A stretch of 64,000 nucleotides of DNA from Okamejei kenojei (Eukaryota). Numbering within the stretch: the stretch's first letter is position 1; each line of letters starts with the position of its first letter. Of this stretch, positions 1-11,859 are shown in pieces. The DNA is taken from positions 24,366,001 to 24,430,000 of the forward strand of contig CM069165.1 of NCBI GenBank assembly GCA_035221665.1, read 5' to 3'. The position numbers and the translations under genes were made by a program. Under the pieces are notes generated by a model. That model searched no databases. It saw only the letters and a list, made by a program, of their open reading frames with translations, and had not been told where the DNA came from.

Positions 1-131
1 TTTAAATTGTACAGCACTCTATAGCAAGGAGTATCTGGGAATAGTCACATTAAAATCTCCTCCTTTCATTTGGACATTTGGACAGGGATCTGTAAATTAA
101 AAAAATTATGGCTTTTGTATTTATCCTGCAG

Positions 132-181
132 GTCGCGTTAGAAGTATCCCGATGGGACTGGACACCATTCCTCATCTGTAA
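132..181 (+). CDS. Possible coding part of a terminal exon (phase 1: -RVRSIPMGLDTIPHL*), gene unidentified
   Basis: Pyrimidine-rich tract and CAG acceptor at 129-131, short open frame to TAA at 179-181, then repeat-free sequence with AATAAA at 535-540 and a T/GT-rich downstream tract. An alternative phase-0 frame (VALEVSRWDW...QW*) is also open. No homology recognised. Confidence 0.3.
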
Positions 182-534
182 GACATTGATTTTAGTCTTT
201 GGAGTTCGGAAGCTGTCAGAGTGGCGACAGTGGTGACAGTTCTCGTGATTTTTTCATGAGCTAAATTTTGAAGATACAAACCCCAGAAAGATCCTAGGGT
301 GATAAAATACCTTGAAGTAACAAAAAAAAAACAACACAGAAATCTCTCAAGAGGATTGATGAAAGACCCAAGCTCAGATTGTGAAGCCACTTTTGACAAC
401 AGAGATTTTATAGTGACAAGTATTTCTGATGCAATGATTCAGTTCAAAACAAAGCATGTCATAAAGATGTGGATATATTGGTGCACATCTTAGCTCTCTA
501 TGACTCAAAGTATTTTAACAGTAGAGAGCAAAGC

Positions 535-540
535 AATAAA
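535..540 (+). promoter_or_regulatory. Candidate polyadenylation signal AATAAA
   Basis: Canonical hexamer about 350 nt after the putative stop, followed by T/GT-rich sequence. Confidence 0.3.
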
Positions 541-868
541 TTACTTGAAGCATATACAATAGATTTTTTTCTAAAACTTAATAGTTTTTATTGTGACTTT
601 TCATTTGATATTTAATTTGATATGTCTTGTTTGTTGGACTAAAGAATCACATCAGGATTTGTACTCTTTAAACTAACATACTGTAAGTTAGAGAAGTTGA
701 ACCTGTTGGCATGAGCTTCTGCCTATAGATACCCCTATTCCATACTTTCCTGGAAAGGATTTGGTTGTTTGAACTCTAGCTGTCAGAGTAGGGACAGCAG
801 TGGCAATTCTCATGATTTCAAGATCAGGTAAGTAGGTGCAGAGAAGATTTACCCAATGACCTGAACAA

Positions 869-1085
869 TAATGAGAGGTTGAGCAGGCTAGGACATTGCT
901 CCAAGGAGTGCAGAAAGCTGTGGGGTGATCATATAGAGGTGTATAAAATTACGAGGAGAATGAATAAGTCTTTTACCCTGGGCAGGGAAATGAAGAACCT
1001 GAGGTCCCAGGCTTAAGATGGGAGGGGCAAGATTTAATAGGAACTTAAAGTTTTTCATTCAGAGGATGGTGGAGATATGGAAAGA
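869..1085 (+). mobile_element. Degenerate CR1-type LINE fragment (ORF2 C-terminal region)
   Basis: Similar to the reverse complement of the 37000-37250 CR1 copy (GGTGATCATATAGAGGTGTATAAAAT; CAGAGGATGGTGGAGATATGGAAAGAGTTACCAGAGGAGGT). Confidence 0.7.
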
Positions 1086-1665
1086 GTTACCAGAGGAGGT
1101 AGCTGAACGATACAGCATGGAGAAGGCCCTTTGGCCCACCAGGTTCATGCTGACCATTGATCACCTGTTCATACTGGAGAGCATGTTGCTGGGATGTACC
1201 TTTCATCTTGGCCTGATCAGTATCAAAGGACAAGCTGAACTAGTTCCCCAATGTTATCTGAGGAAGTAGACGTGTTCCTTACCTGGTCTGGCAAACATTC
1301 CTTGCGATGAAAGTGCATTTGATTATAGTTTCTGCAGGCGGGCTGCGGTAAGTCATTGTCATATTGTACCACATCAGAGAATTTCACACGAATTGTGGGG
1401 GGTTATCACAGAGGCGCAAAACCACCTTTACTGCATAGCAAAGCCCACATCTTGGGAATAAATCTGATCTGGATGCTTTTCTCTGAAATGACCAGCAGAT
1501 ATGCAAAATAAGTGTAGTGTTATAATCTACTTGGGATCACTAGATTTTGGCTGATTGTTATCTAACTGGATGATTAAAGTACAACCTTCTCATCTACCAT
1601 CATCTATTGTCAGGATGTTATGATTAGCACCGAGTGACAGTGATGCCTGAACTATAGAGGGTCCA

Positions 1666-1990
1666 GGCATCACAGTGGCACAGCTGTAGTGTTGCTGCCT
1701 CACATTGCCAGAGACCCGGGTTCGATCCTGACCTCTGGTGCTGTCCCCGTGGAGTTTGCACATTCTCCTTGTTACCACGTGGGTTTCCTCTGGATGGTTT
1801 GGTTTTATCCCACATCACAAAGACTTGCGGGTTTGAAGGTTCATTGGCCTCTGAAAAAATTGCCTCTTGTGTGCAGAGATTGGATGAGAATGTGGGATAA
1901 TGTAGAACTAATATGAATGGGTGATCAGTGGTCAGTGTAAACTTGGTGGCCGAAGGGCCTGTTTCCATGCTGTACCTCTTAACTTAACTT
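1666..1990 (+). mobile_element. tRNA-derived V-SINE (HE1-like)
   Basis: A-box-like GTGGCACAGC, B-box GGTTCGATCC, V-domain GTGGAGTTTGCACATTCTCC...GTGGGTTTCCTC, CR1-like tail GGCCGAAGGGCCTGTTTCCATGCTGTA plus short tandem tail. Many copies in the window. Confidence 0.85.
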
Positions 1991-2129
1991 CAGAGGTCTC
2001 GTAATCTCTCACTGTTCATCTGTGGTTAAGATACCATATTGGTAATCTGGAGGCTTACACTTACTTTTCAGAGATGTGAAGTCATACCCATTATAGCAAC
2101 GGTCCAATATAAGGGATTGATTAAATTAA

Positions 2130-2300
2130 CCATGCTTACTTTCCTTCGGGATGGGAGAAGTTGGTCAGAGTAATTTTCATCACAACTCTGTTTCACAGGA
2201 AGGATGTCTAGCAGCCGTGTCTGATCTGTCCAGTTGTAACTCCAGACTTGGGATAGTGTGGTTAACTCTGAAGCATACTCTGAAACAACCCTGCAAATTC
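2130..2300 (+). mobile_element. Possible old Deu-domain SINE remnant (SacSINE1-like)
   Basis: ACTCCAGAC...TGTGGTTAACTCTGAA...CTCTGAAA resembles the shark DeuSINE core as I recall it. Heavily decayed. Confidence 0.3.
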
Positions 2301-2358
2301 CAAAGATGTATTCAGACCGCTATGTTTGAATAGAATAAAAATGAAACCAGGCACCACC

Positions 2359-2498
2359 TGACTGAAGAAGTCTGAAGAAGGTTCTCGACCCGCAACGTCA
2401 CCCATTCCTTCTCTCCAGAGATGCTGCCTGACCCGTTGAGTTACTCCAGCATTTTGTGTCTACCCTCGATTTTACCAGCATCTATAATTCTTTCTTAC
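2359..2498 (+). mobile_element. Penelope-derived short element (pLTR-like, degenerate hammerhead core)
   Basis: CTGAAGAAGGTTCTCGACCCGCAACGTC followed by the family body ACCCATTCCTTCTCTCCAGAGATGCTGCC...CTCCAGCATTTTGTGTC. Confidence 0.75.
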
Positions 2499-3019
2499 CA
2501 CCTTGACATCCACCCAGATACTGAATTTGGACAGGACAAAGTGGCTTGCATCAGAGTCAGCCATGTACAAGCCTCAGTAACACCTGTTCACCGTTGCCTT
2601 AAGTAGGAGGGTTGTCTCACAAAACAGTCAAACACAACTTACCATAGTTGTTCTCATGGAATCAAGGGACAGACTACATAGTCACCCTTGCAGAACATGC
2701 AGATTCTGCTTCACAATCTCCTGATATATTCCCTCCTACATATTGTCAACAGCACAAGTCGTAGCAAAGTGCAGACTGACAGAGAAGAGTGGTCCTTAGA
2801 GTTTAAACATTAACCGAGGACGATTAAATCTCATGGCATTAAACCAAACATCAAGTTCCCCTCCATTTTCATCCTGGGGATTACTATTGATCAGAACTCA
2901 AATGAACATAAATATTGTGTCTGCAAGAACAGGTCTTATGGGGTGAGTGATTTCTCCTACCTGATATCCAAAGCATGTATAAGATATTATTATGAGTTGA
3001 TGGAATAGTCTCCATTAAT

Positions 3020-3255
3020 CTTCACACAGAGAGTGGTGAATCTGTGGAATTCTCTGCCACAGAAGGTAGTTGAGGCCAGTTCGTTGGCCATATTTAAGAG
3101 GGAGTTGGATGTGGCCCTTGTGGCTGAAGGGATCGGGGGTATGGAGAGAAGGCAGGTGCAGGATGCTGAGTTGGATGATCAGCCATCATCATATTGAATG
3201 GCGGTGCAGGCTCGAAGGGCCGAATGGCCTGCTCCTGCACCTAATTTCTATGTAA
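3020..3255 (+). mobile_element. CR1-type LINE 3' end
   Basis: CACACAGAGAGTGGTGAATCTGTGGAATTCTCTGCCACAGAAGG...CTCGAAGGGCCGAATGGCCTGCTCCTGCACCTAATTTCTATG; matches the reverse complement of 36771-37020. Confidence 0.85.
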
Positions 3256-3259
3256 TATG

Positions 3260-3555
3260 TTAGTTAGTTAGAGATATAGAATAGAATCAGGCCCATTCAG
3301 CCCATTGAGTCCACACCAATCATTGATCACTTGTTCACTCTAGTTCACTTCCACTCTCTACACACAAGGGACAACTTACATAGGCCAATTAATCTACAGA
3401 CTGGCAGGTCTTTGGGATGTGGGAGAAAACTAGAACACCCATAGAAAATCCACGCAGAACGTACAAACTCCACACAGGCAGCACCCAAGGTCAGGATGGA
3501 ACCCGGGTCTCTGGCGTGAGGCAGCAGCACCACCCCCTGCGCCACTGTGCTGCCC
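3260..3555 (-). mobile_element. V-SINE (HE1-like)
   Basis: Reverse-complement match to 1666-1990, including the B-box region (GGAACCCGGGTCTCTGGC). Confidence 0.85.
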
Positions 3556-3639
3556 AATTTCACTTGGCTTTCACCTGGGCATTGTCGCCGGCTTTTCCTT
3601 GTCCAAACATTCCCACAAATGTCTGCACTTAGAATGATT

Positions 3640-3822
3640 ATAGTTCAGTTTAGTTCATTATCATGTGTACCGAGGTACAGGGAAAAGCTTTTGTTGTGTG
3701 CTCTTCATTCGGCAGAAACACAATACATGATTGCAATCGAGCCATTTACTGTGCTTAGATACATGATAAGTGAATAACATTGATTGCAATGTAAAGCAAA
3801 GTCCGATCCAGGATAGTCCTGG
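3640..3822 (-). mobile_element. LINE 3' UTR fragment (Rex1/Babar-associated)
   Basis: TGTACCGAGGTACAGGGAAAAGCTTTTGTTG is shared with 32800-32980, where it is contiguous with Rex1 coding remnants. Confidence 0.65.
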
Positions 3823-4049
3823 AAGAGTATAGCTTCAACACCACATGCCTAACACCATTGAGGAGAATTTAGCCCCCTTGACTGGCCCCCAATAACTGTG
3901 AACTCTGGCTACAGTGTTTACCATCTGTAAAATAATTGCATGCAGTTCCTCACCTCGGCTATATTGACAGCAATCCCCAAGTACACGGCATCCATCACCA
4001 AGCTTGATGAGAACTTGAAGCATGTGGGAACATCACTACCTGTTTCAAT

Positions 4050-4176
4050 GAAGGAACTGCAGATGCCGGTTTAAACCAAAGATTGACACAAAGTGCTGGA
4101 GTAACTCAGTGGAACACGCAGCATCTCTGGAGAGAAGGAATGGGTGACATTTCGGGTCGAGACCCTTCCTCAGACT
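4050..4176 (-). mobile_element. Penelope-derived short element
   Basis: AAGGAACTGCAGATGCCGG...GCATCTCTGGAGAGAAGGAATGGGTGACATTTCGGGTCGAGACCCTTCCTCAGACT is the reverse complement of the family consensus. Confidence 0.8.
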
Positions 4177-5864
4177 CGGGGAGGGAGATAGACAGATAAT
4201 TGATTCAAGAAGGTGGCTCATTTGTGTCTTCCTGAGGGCAGTTAAGGATGGGCAATAAATACTGGCTATGGCAGTGATCTGTACCATGAGAATGAAAGAA
4301 AGGGCTACCTTCATGACCTGATATATACCTTTCTCAAAATATTCAGCAAGGTTGTACAGACACAACCCTGAACTGGCTGGTTTTAAATTGTACCCTTTAA
4401 TATTGACTTACAGATTTTCAATCTTAAAAAAATATATCATAAATGTGACGTAACTATTTATTATAATATTAGTCATATACAAAGTAAGGTTGTTTAGAAT
4501 GAGGCATTCAAAGCCATTTCACTATTCTGAGTAAGATTGTGGTTTCTTTATTCTTCATTGAAGGTGAAGTCCCAATTGAGATTTATCTTGCTTCAAATAA
4601 TAAGTGTTTGGAAAGATTTGCTTTGTCATACAGGGATCATGGGCATGCAATAAAAGGGTAATCTGTGCCTTGCCTTACACCACTTGGGAAAAGTGTGCAT
4701 GCTAACTTTCTCTACTTTTCCCAGTGGTCTAGCTTGGAAACTCTGAAACATTGTGTTGAGTTAATATGTGTGACAGATATGCAGCTTGTTGGAAAAACTC
4801 TTGAATGGCCAATTTATAAATTGTTTTTTGCATTGGTCTATTGAGCTATTTTGTTGAGCGAAAAATGTTATGTCTGGGTGGAGAAAGGGAGCCAGAACGT
4901 ATTGACTTTTGTAGGGTTTTTTTGTGAATGGAGCATGACGCATTTGACCATTGTAACAATCCCATGGTGAGGAATTATCCTGAAGTGGAGCTAAATGCAT
5001 CTGCTCTATCCAATATTGCCCTTCAGCCACAGCGTTGTAGATTATTCTTGTCCAAGGCCGATCATTTTCCACTCTGCACAACAGCTGTACGTTGGAATTA
5101 TTTTTGCGGCTTAGTGCTTGAAATGTGAACAGTGTCAGCGATCTGATTTACTAAGACTTAGTCCTTCAGGTGTCTTGTGTGGAGATGTTCCGCTCATCTG
5201 CCCACATTTTGTGATGGGTAATTAAGGGGAAATTGCTGGTGTTCAAAGTCATTATTCTGACAGAGACTGCATTTTTAGGAGTTTAATGCAGAAATTGTAG
5301 AGATGCTGTCACAAAATCAGCACAACTTTGTGACTGTACTCTGAATCTTTCTCTGTTGCATTTTTGAAAAAAAAAATGAGTAGACTGATGTAAACCTAAT
5401 CTATTAAGGACTTACCCTCCCCTCTCCTCTGCAAAAAAATAACCTTCAAAGCTCATGAAATCTGAAATGTACACAGAAACCATTGGAAACATTCAGCAGG
5501 CAAGTCAGCAACTGTGGAAAGTGAAAAGATTACTGTCTCTGTGTTGTCTTTAACTCTATCTCTACCTTAACAGATGCTGCCGGAGCTGCTGAGTGTTTCC
5601 AGCGTTTTTTTTGTTTTTTTCCGTAAATGTTGTGCTTAGTTACACAAGGGCTGCATATTTTATTTAATGGTGCAATAGCCATAATTATCATTCACAAATT
5701 GTCTGGCTTGAGATTACGTACTGTGCTGCAATTTTTGCGCATGAATATTTCAAAAGCATTTTTTAAAACCTTATTTCATCATCCACTTTAATAAATGAAT
5801 GCTCCAACCTTTGAATGGTTCTTATGTTTAAAATATTACTTAAAATATTGCTGTACTGTAGAAG

Positions 5865-6070
5865 CAAAGAACTGTAGATGCTGGTTAATACACAAAATGA
5901 TACAAAGTGCAGGCGTACCTCAGCAGGTCAGGCAGCATCTCTGGAGAAATGGAGAGGTGATGCTTCAAATTGAGACCTTTCTGCAGACTGAACTGAAGAA
6001 GAGTCCTGATGATGTGAGATGTCACCTATCCATGTTCCTGCTGAGCTACTCCAGCACCATGTGTCCTTTT
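5865..6070. mobile_element. Penelope-derived element, head-to-head inverted form
   Basis: A reverse copy then a forward copy of the family unit meet at CAGACTGAACTGAAGAAG. An older similar copy lies at about 5455-5615. Confidence 0.7.
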
Positions 6071-6394
6071 GGTTGCTGGGCTGTTGATTAGCATTCTTCA
6101 AAATTGTTGGCTGATTAACCAGCTTGATCACATTAGGTTTTGGACACGAGTTTTCCTGATGAACTAATGGTCGCAAGCAGTTGCCAGCAGAGAAAGGTTG
6201 ATAGCTCTCACTAAAGGGATAATCTGTCACAGTCACTTTACTCATGTCAAATACCGGGCTGAATTTAACCCACTACATCATGTATTTCCCGCAGTTTCTG
6301 TTGTACTTTGTTAGTGGAATTTTGGATGACGAGTTAAAAAAAAAAATGTTGTTGGAAGCATGAATCCATATCATGGATCCATATCACACAAAAA

Positions 6395-6665
6395 TAGGCC
6401 CCACTTTCTCTATGCCAATCATCTAGTATAATTCTACGTTAATTAGTTGTTTTTCTCGCATCCCTATCCGGTTCCCCCACTCCTCACCCTCACCTTTCAC
6501 TGATGTGAGGGTAGCTTTTCAGTCAGCACATTGGAGGAAACAAGAGGACTCTAGGCAAACCCACATGGTCACGGGGGTAAAGTGGACACTGCACATAGAC
6601 AACACCCGGCTCAGTATTCAACTCAGGTTTCTGGAGCTGAGAGGGAGCAGAATTACCTGATGCAC
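6395..6665 (-). mobile_element. Degenerate V-SINE
   Basis: AAACCCACATGGTCACGGGG...TGCACATAGACAACACC...CAGGTTTCTGGAGCTGAGAGG resembles the reverse SINE head and V-domain. Confidence 0.6.
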
Positions 6666-6774
6666 CAATTTGATCTTTTTACAATCTAACTTTATTAATT
6701 TGTAATAAATTCAGAACAAGTAGTGGATCCACTGTGCATATGAAGTTGTGTATTAAAGAGAAATGCATGATAGT

Positions 6775-7028
6775 TCGTTTGGAGGATTGATGTTGGGATT
6801 AGATCTGGCATGGAAGTTGAGGTCAGCGTGAACCAGCCGTGGTCATATTGAATGATGGACAAGCTTGAAGGCTTAGTGGGCTACTCCTGTTCCTATTTTG
6901 ATAGGTACAGGTGTCAGAGGTTATGGGGAGAAGGCAGGAGAATGGGGGTTAGGTGGGAGAGATAGATCAGCCATGATTGTATGGCGGAGTAGACTTGATG
7001 GGCTGAATGGACTAATTCTGCTTATGAT
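6775..7028 (+). mobile_element. Two adjacent CR1 3' end fragments
   Basis: GGTTATGGGGAGAAGGCAGGAGAATGGGG...GATCAGCCATGATTG...GATGGGCTGAATGG. Confidence 0.75.
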
Positions 7029-7119
7029 TTTCTTGTGTGGCTTTAGATCTTTCCCAATCTTCTCATATAATCATGCTCAATTTCAGCTTATATGAGCCAA
7101 AAACATTTCTTATAAAACT

Positions 7120-7329
7120 CAGTGCTGGAGGAATGTGGTGGGTCAGGTAACATCTCTGGAGGAAATACACAGGTGATGTTTTGGGTCGGGACCCATGTTC
7201 TCTTCTGAAGAAGGCTTCTCACCTGAAACACTGTCTGTCCATTTCCTCTGCAGATATTGTCTGACTCACTGAGCTCCTCAAGCACTTGGTATTTTTCTCA
7301 AGATTCCAATATCTGCAGTTCCTTGTGTC
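7120..7329. mobile_element. Penelope-derived element, inverted form
   Basis: Reverse and forward family units around CTGAAGAAGGCTTCTCACCTGAAAC. Confidence 0.7.
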
Positions 7330-7456
7330 AACATATCTTAATAGATTCTATTGCATCTTAAAACAAATGCTTCACGAGTTCTTTTCAAAAAAACATTCAG
7401 TCTTAGTATATTGTTGGAGGTTTACATGAGGTTGAAATAATAGCTTTGTCATGGTT

Positions 7457-8433
7457 TCAAAAGTCAAAAGTCAAAAGAGTTTATTGTCATGTGTCCCTGA
7501 CAGGACAATGAAATTCGTTCTTTGCATAGCACAACAGAACATAGTAGGCGACTACAATTATATACTTAAATACACACATTAATTAATAAAGTAATAAAGT
7601 GCAAATAACAGATGGAGGGGTATTAATGTTCAGAGTTTTGTTCGAGCAGGTTTAATAGCCTGATGGCTGTGGGGAAGTAGCTATTCCTGAACCGGGTCGT
7701 TGCAGTTCTCAGGCTCCTGTACCTTCTACCCGAAGGTAGCAGGGAGATGAGTGTGTGGCCAGGGTGGTGTGGGTCCTTGATGATGCTGCCAGCCTTTTTG
7801 AGGCAGCGACTGTGGTAGATCCCCTCGATGGAAGGAAGGTCAGAGCCGATGATGGACTGGGCAGTGTTTACTACTTTTTGTAGTCTTTTCCTCTCCAGGG
7901 CACTCAAGTTGCCGAACCAAGCCACGATGCAACTGGTCAGCAAGCTCTCTACTGTGCACCTGTAGAAGCTCTTACTGTCCTCCTTGACAGACCGACTCTC
8001 CGTAATCTTCTCAGGAAGTAGAGGCGCTGATGAGCTTTCTTAACAATTGCATCTGTGTTCTCGGACCAGGAAAGATCTTCACAGATGTGCACGCCCAGGA
8101 ATTTGAAGCTCTTGACCCTTTCAACCATCGACCCGTTGATATAAACAGGACTGTGGGTCCCCATCCTACTCCTTCCAAAGTCCACAATCAATTCCTTGGT
8201 TTTGCTGGTGTTGAGGGCCAGGTTATTGTGCTGGCACCATATGGACAGTCGCTCGATCTCTCTTCTGTACTCCGACTCATCCCCATCAGTGATATGTCCC
8301 ACAACAGTGGTGTCGTCTGTGAACTTGATGATGGAGTTCGCACTATGACCGGCTACGCAGTCATGAGTATAGAGTCAGTACAGCAGGGGGCTGAGCACGC
8401 AGCCTCGAGGTGCTCCCGTGCTGATTGTTATCG
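7457..8433 (-). mobile_element. 5'-truncated Rex1/Babar-type LINE (RT C-terminus pseudogene plus 3' UTR)
   Basis: Minus-strand translation GAPRGCVLSPLLY*LYTHDC...IIKFTDDTTVVG, then ORFs 7949-8302 (KTKELIVDF, FKFLGVHI, KKAHQRLYFLRRL) and 7623-7943 (LPSGRRYRS, RFRNSYFP.AIRLLN), with a stop and a frameshift. Tail (TTTTGAC)n at 7457-7477. Confidence 0.88.
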
Positions 8434-9016
8434 AGTCTTACACAGCTAACTTTCTCGGCTAAACTTTTATGTTATGTTAAATGAAATGATGTATCTCTGT
8501 CTGGGTCGTGACATTGCACTTTGCAATGTTTGCGCTTCTCAAGCTTCACTTTTTGCTACTGTCCCAATTCATCCAGCCCAGCTCCAGTGGATGAAAACAG
8601 CAGAAATGAGGAACAGAAGTAATTCCAGCCTCAACACCATTCCATTCAATTATTGAATACGATGAATGTATCATACAAGAGAGGCATTACTATGCCTGTT
8701 TGGCTCTTCACTCTTTAGTGCTTAATCTGCTAATTAATTGACCTGAATGCATGAATTAAACCCATTGGTGCTTGACCTGAAAATTCTTCCCATGAAAATT
8801 AATGGGAATTAAATAATGCTATATTTCACTCCCAAGCAAGAATTTCTAAATTTAAAGGCTTCTTAAGTTGAAAGTTGGAAATTAATGGTGAATCATTATT
8901 AACACTTTTTAATGGAGTTTCATTTTCATTCTATTTTAACTGATTTGTCCAGTGATGTTGTGGTCGTGTTGATCATTCATGCACTTTAATGAATGAGGAG
9001 CTTCAGTGAAGACCTA

Positions 9017-9370
9017 AACACAAAGTGCTGGATGATGTCAATGGGTCTGTGGAGGGAATATATTGACAATGCATCGGATCAGGAACCTTCTTCAGACTCA
9101 TTGTAGTATAGGAGAGAAATCTGGAAAAGAGAGGTCGGGGTGAGACAAAGCCCAGCAAGTGATAGGTGGATGCAAGTGAGGGGGGAGGGTAATTGGCAGA
9201 CGAGTAACAAAAGCTAGAGATAAAAATTAGTCATAAGGGTGTCAGATAAAGAGTGAAAAGAGGAGTGAAATACACAGCTTGAGGGAGGGATTTGGGTGGA
9301 TAGGGACAGTGGGAGTGGGAGGGAAATGAAGGGAAAAAGGGATGGATCATGAATGAACAAAGGAGCAGAG
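9017..9370 (-). mobile_element. Penelope-like 3' region (pyrimidine-rich UTR plus pLTR), degenerate
   Basis: ACACAAAGTGCTGGA...CCTTCTTCAGACT followed by a purine-rich stretch, the reverse of the 45450-45636 organisation. Confidence 0.6.
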
Positions 9371-10683
9371 AGAAGAATTTCTTTGGTGTCAAAGGTAGGT
9401 GTCCATTCAGGAAATTATCTGTTCTGCTCATCGAAAAAATGGGATATTGAAGGATAAGAATTCCCAAAACTAAAATGAAAATGTATTGCTGGTGTGGAAC
9501 TGTGTTGAAACATGACATAAATCACTCTTAGATTTTGCTTCATTTTGTAAACCTGCAGCTAATTGCAATAGAAATGAATGAATGAGAGTCTTGGACCAGC
9601 TCTCCCAAATTCCATGGCAAATCAGCTCAATATCTGAAATAATTCTTATGCAGTTTGGTAAATAAATATTTAATATTATCTCTAGATAGTACAATATATT
9701 CTATGTGCAAGAACATTACATAAAGATCATATCCAAACTTGATGAGCTTGTGCTCAAACAATGGACTGTGAAGGTTACAAACTTAGATGAGGTGTAAAGA
9801 TATTATTAAGCATGTGCGAGTTGTTATTTAGCAAGATGGAACAGCAATTATTATATTTAAATAAATAAATAATATATATTTTTAATTTTGTTTTAAAATT
9901 TAATAAATATACAGATGGATATTTACAGCTACCTAGTAAAGCAGTGGCACATATTGAAAAGAGTGAATTAATCTGAAAAATGTCTGTGCAATTATCCAAA
10001 TATATATATTTTCAATTGGTAATTGCAATATTGTAAAATGAACGAGTCATATGAGGACAGTCTACTATAAATACATTAAGGGTCATTCTATTATGATTAT
10101 TTGCATAATTAAGTGAGTATAAAAATATCCATGATAGTTGGTAGCCTCTTCGTGGAAATCAAATGAATATATCACGTGGCATAGAACAGATTATGAATTG
10201 GCACATTGTGCTCAAGCTACATGTTTGGTCTGTGTGGGTAGAGGAGTCAACTGATGAGTAAGTTAGGTTATGATAGAACATATTTTACAGAAGCACATTT
10301 TTACCAGAATTTAAATGTACCTATCTGATTCTGGAAATGTGTTAAACTTTTTCATTGTTATATTTTAAGCTTTCAGCTGAAATTAAGAATGACCAGCTTG
10401 CTACTTTGAAATAAAACGAAAAGACCTGCCAAGCATCCTTTCATCCTCATGTACAGGATTTTATTTAAAATTAGAATAAAGTCAGGGCAGCTGCTGAATT
10501 AAATAAATCAACTTAAGAAAAGGCATGTTTGTAATGAAACGGCAAAATGTAACTACAGACAAATAACCTCTTGTTTTCAAAGTCTTTTTCTTGCAGTTGA
10601 AGTGGATGGTTGATATTTCTGCAGCCTTTCAGTCAGTAAATATTATAAGAGAAAATGAAGAAGCTTTAGTACTTAACTTGTTC

Positions 10684-10830
10684 TCCTTCTTCTTCTTCTT
10701 CTTTCGTGTGGCGTGCACAGCCTAAAGTTGTTGGACAACTTGTTCTATTTGATCTTCCGTTTGTGCACGTCGAGTTGATTGCATTAGTCGAAACTGGGCG
10801 GACCACGTGAAGGTTGCAATCTTCCTCTCC
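10684..10830 (-). mobile_element. Short retroposon with 5' HDV-like ribozyme and (GAA)n tail (family A, copy 1)
   Basis: TSD ACTTA(A/G)CTTGTTC at 10671-10683 and 10831-10843; (CTT)n at the left end; homologous to 40787-40917. Confidence 0.8.
10777..10830 (-). ncRNA. HDV-like ribozyme (P1 partly decayed)
   Basis: GGAGAGG AA GAUUGCA ACC UUCACGU GGU CCGCCCA G UUUCGA CUAA UGCAAUC: P2 7 bp perfect, P3 ACC/GGU, L3 UUCACGU, J4/2 CUAA. Confidence 0.65.
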
Positions 10831-11419
10831 ACTTAGCTTGTTCACAGCTGGTGAGCAAACTGGGCAAAATGGTGATTTAACTGAAATTTTATCAGTGTGT
10901 TCTCTCCTGCAATGCAGTGTTTTACCTTTCTTAATTGATTCGGATTTATGCTTCCTCTGTTGGTTCAGGTAATCTGTTCCACGTTTTGATCGGTCTTTAT
11001 GCAAAGACGATCATTCCGAGATCCCGGAATGTTTTTCCGAAAGACTGCAGCTTAATTCCGCCCCCCTCTCCTCTCCGTCCAAACTTTTCTTCCTTCCTCA
11101 TGCGTCTCTCTGCGCTTTTTGACCTATTGCTTTTCAAAGTCACTGCGAATTTGAGCATTTTTTCCCAAATTGCCTTTGTCAACGTTCACCGATAATTTTG
11201 CTGCTGTTTGCACAGGTGTTTAAATGCTGCTGATTGTTGTCAGTATGAGATAGCAGATATGTGCATTTGATCATGACCAAAAGAGCATTGTGCAGGGTGT
11301 GTATTTGGATAATGCACAGATATTAATAGCAGTTATGTTGTTACATTTTGTATAAGGAGGCATAATTTGCTCAAATGAATATGCAGAGATTTTCATTACT
11401 AAATGAAAATGATGATGAA

Positions 11420-11513
11420 AGGTCTGAAGAAGGGTTTCAACCCGAAATGTCACCTATTCCTTTTCTCCAGAAATGCTGCCTGACCCCCTGAGTTACTCCA
11501 GCATTTTATGTCT
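11420..11513 (+). mobile_element. Penelope-derived short element with hammerhead core
   Basis: GGT CTGAAGA A GGGT TTCA ACCC GAAAT GTC ACC. Confidence 0.8.
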
Positions 11514-11859
11514 GTCTGAAGTTGATGATATATTTGAAGCGAGGCAGGGTATTGTGACTAAGTTAGCCTGACCCCTGAAAGTGTTGAGTTGTAAGGTTTG
11601 TTTTGATAGTGATGATATTTTCCTTGGCGGGAATAGCTGGTAAAAGCCTCGCTTCGCTTGTCAACTCTATATTCACAATTATCCATGGAAATCTGCCATC
11701 CACCACCCTCCATCAGGTACTGTGACTGTTTCTTTGCTACCCCACAGCAAGTCTCACTCAACCATCAGCCCCGTGATTACTGACTACATTGGTTCATGAT
11801 TCACAAGTGCATCACGCTTTTCAGATTCTCCACTTTATGTTTAAATTGGATTATTTATG

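Noticed and set aside
1666-1740. tRNA genes at SINE heads (also 46277 and about 48900)
   Set aside because: A/B boxes are present but there is no complete cloverleaf, and each continues into a V-SINE body.
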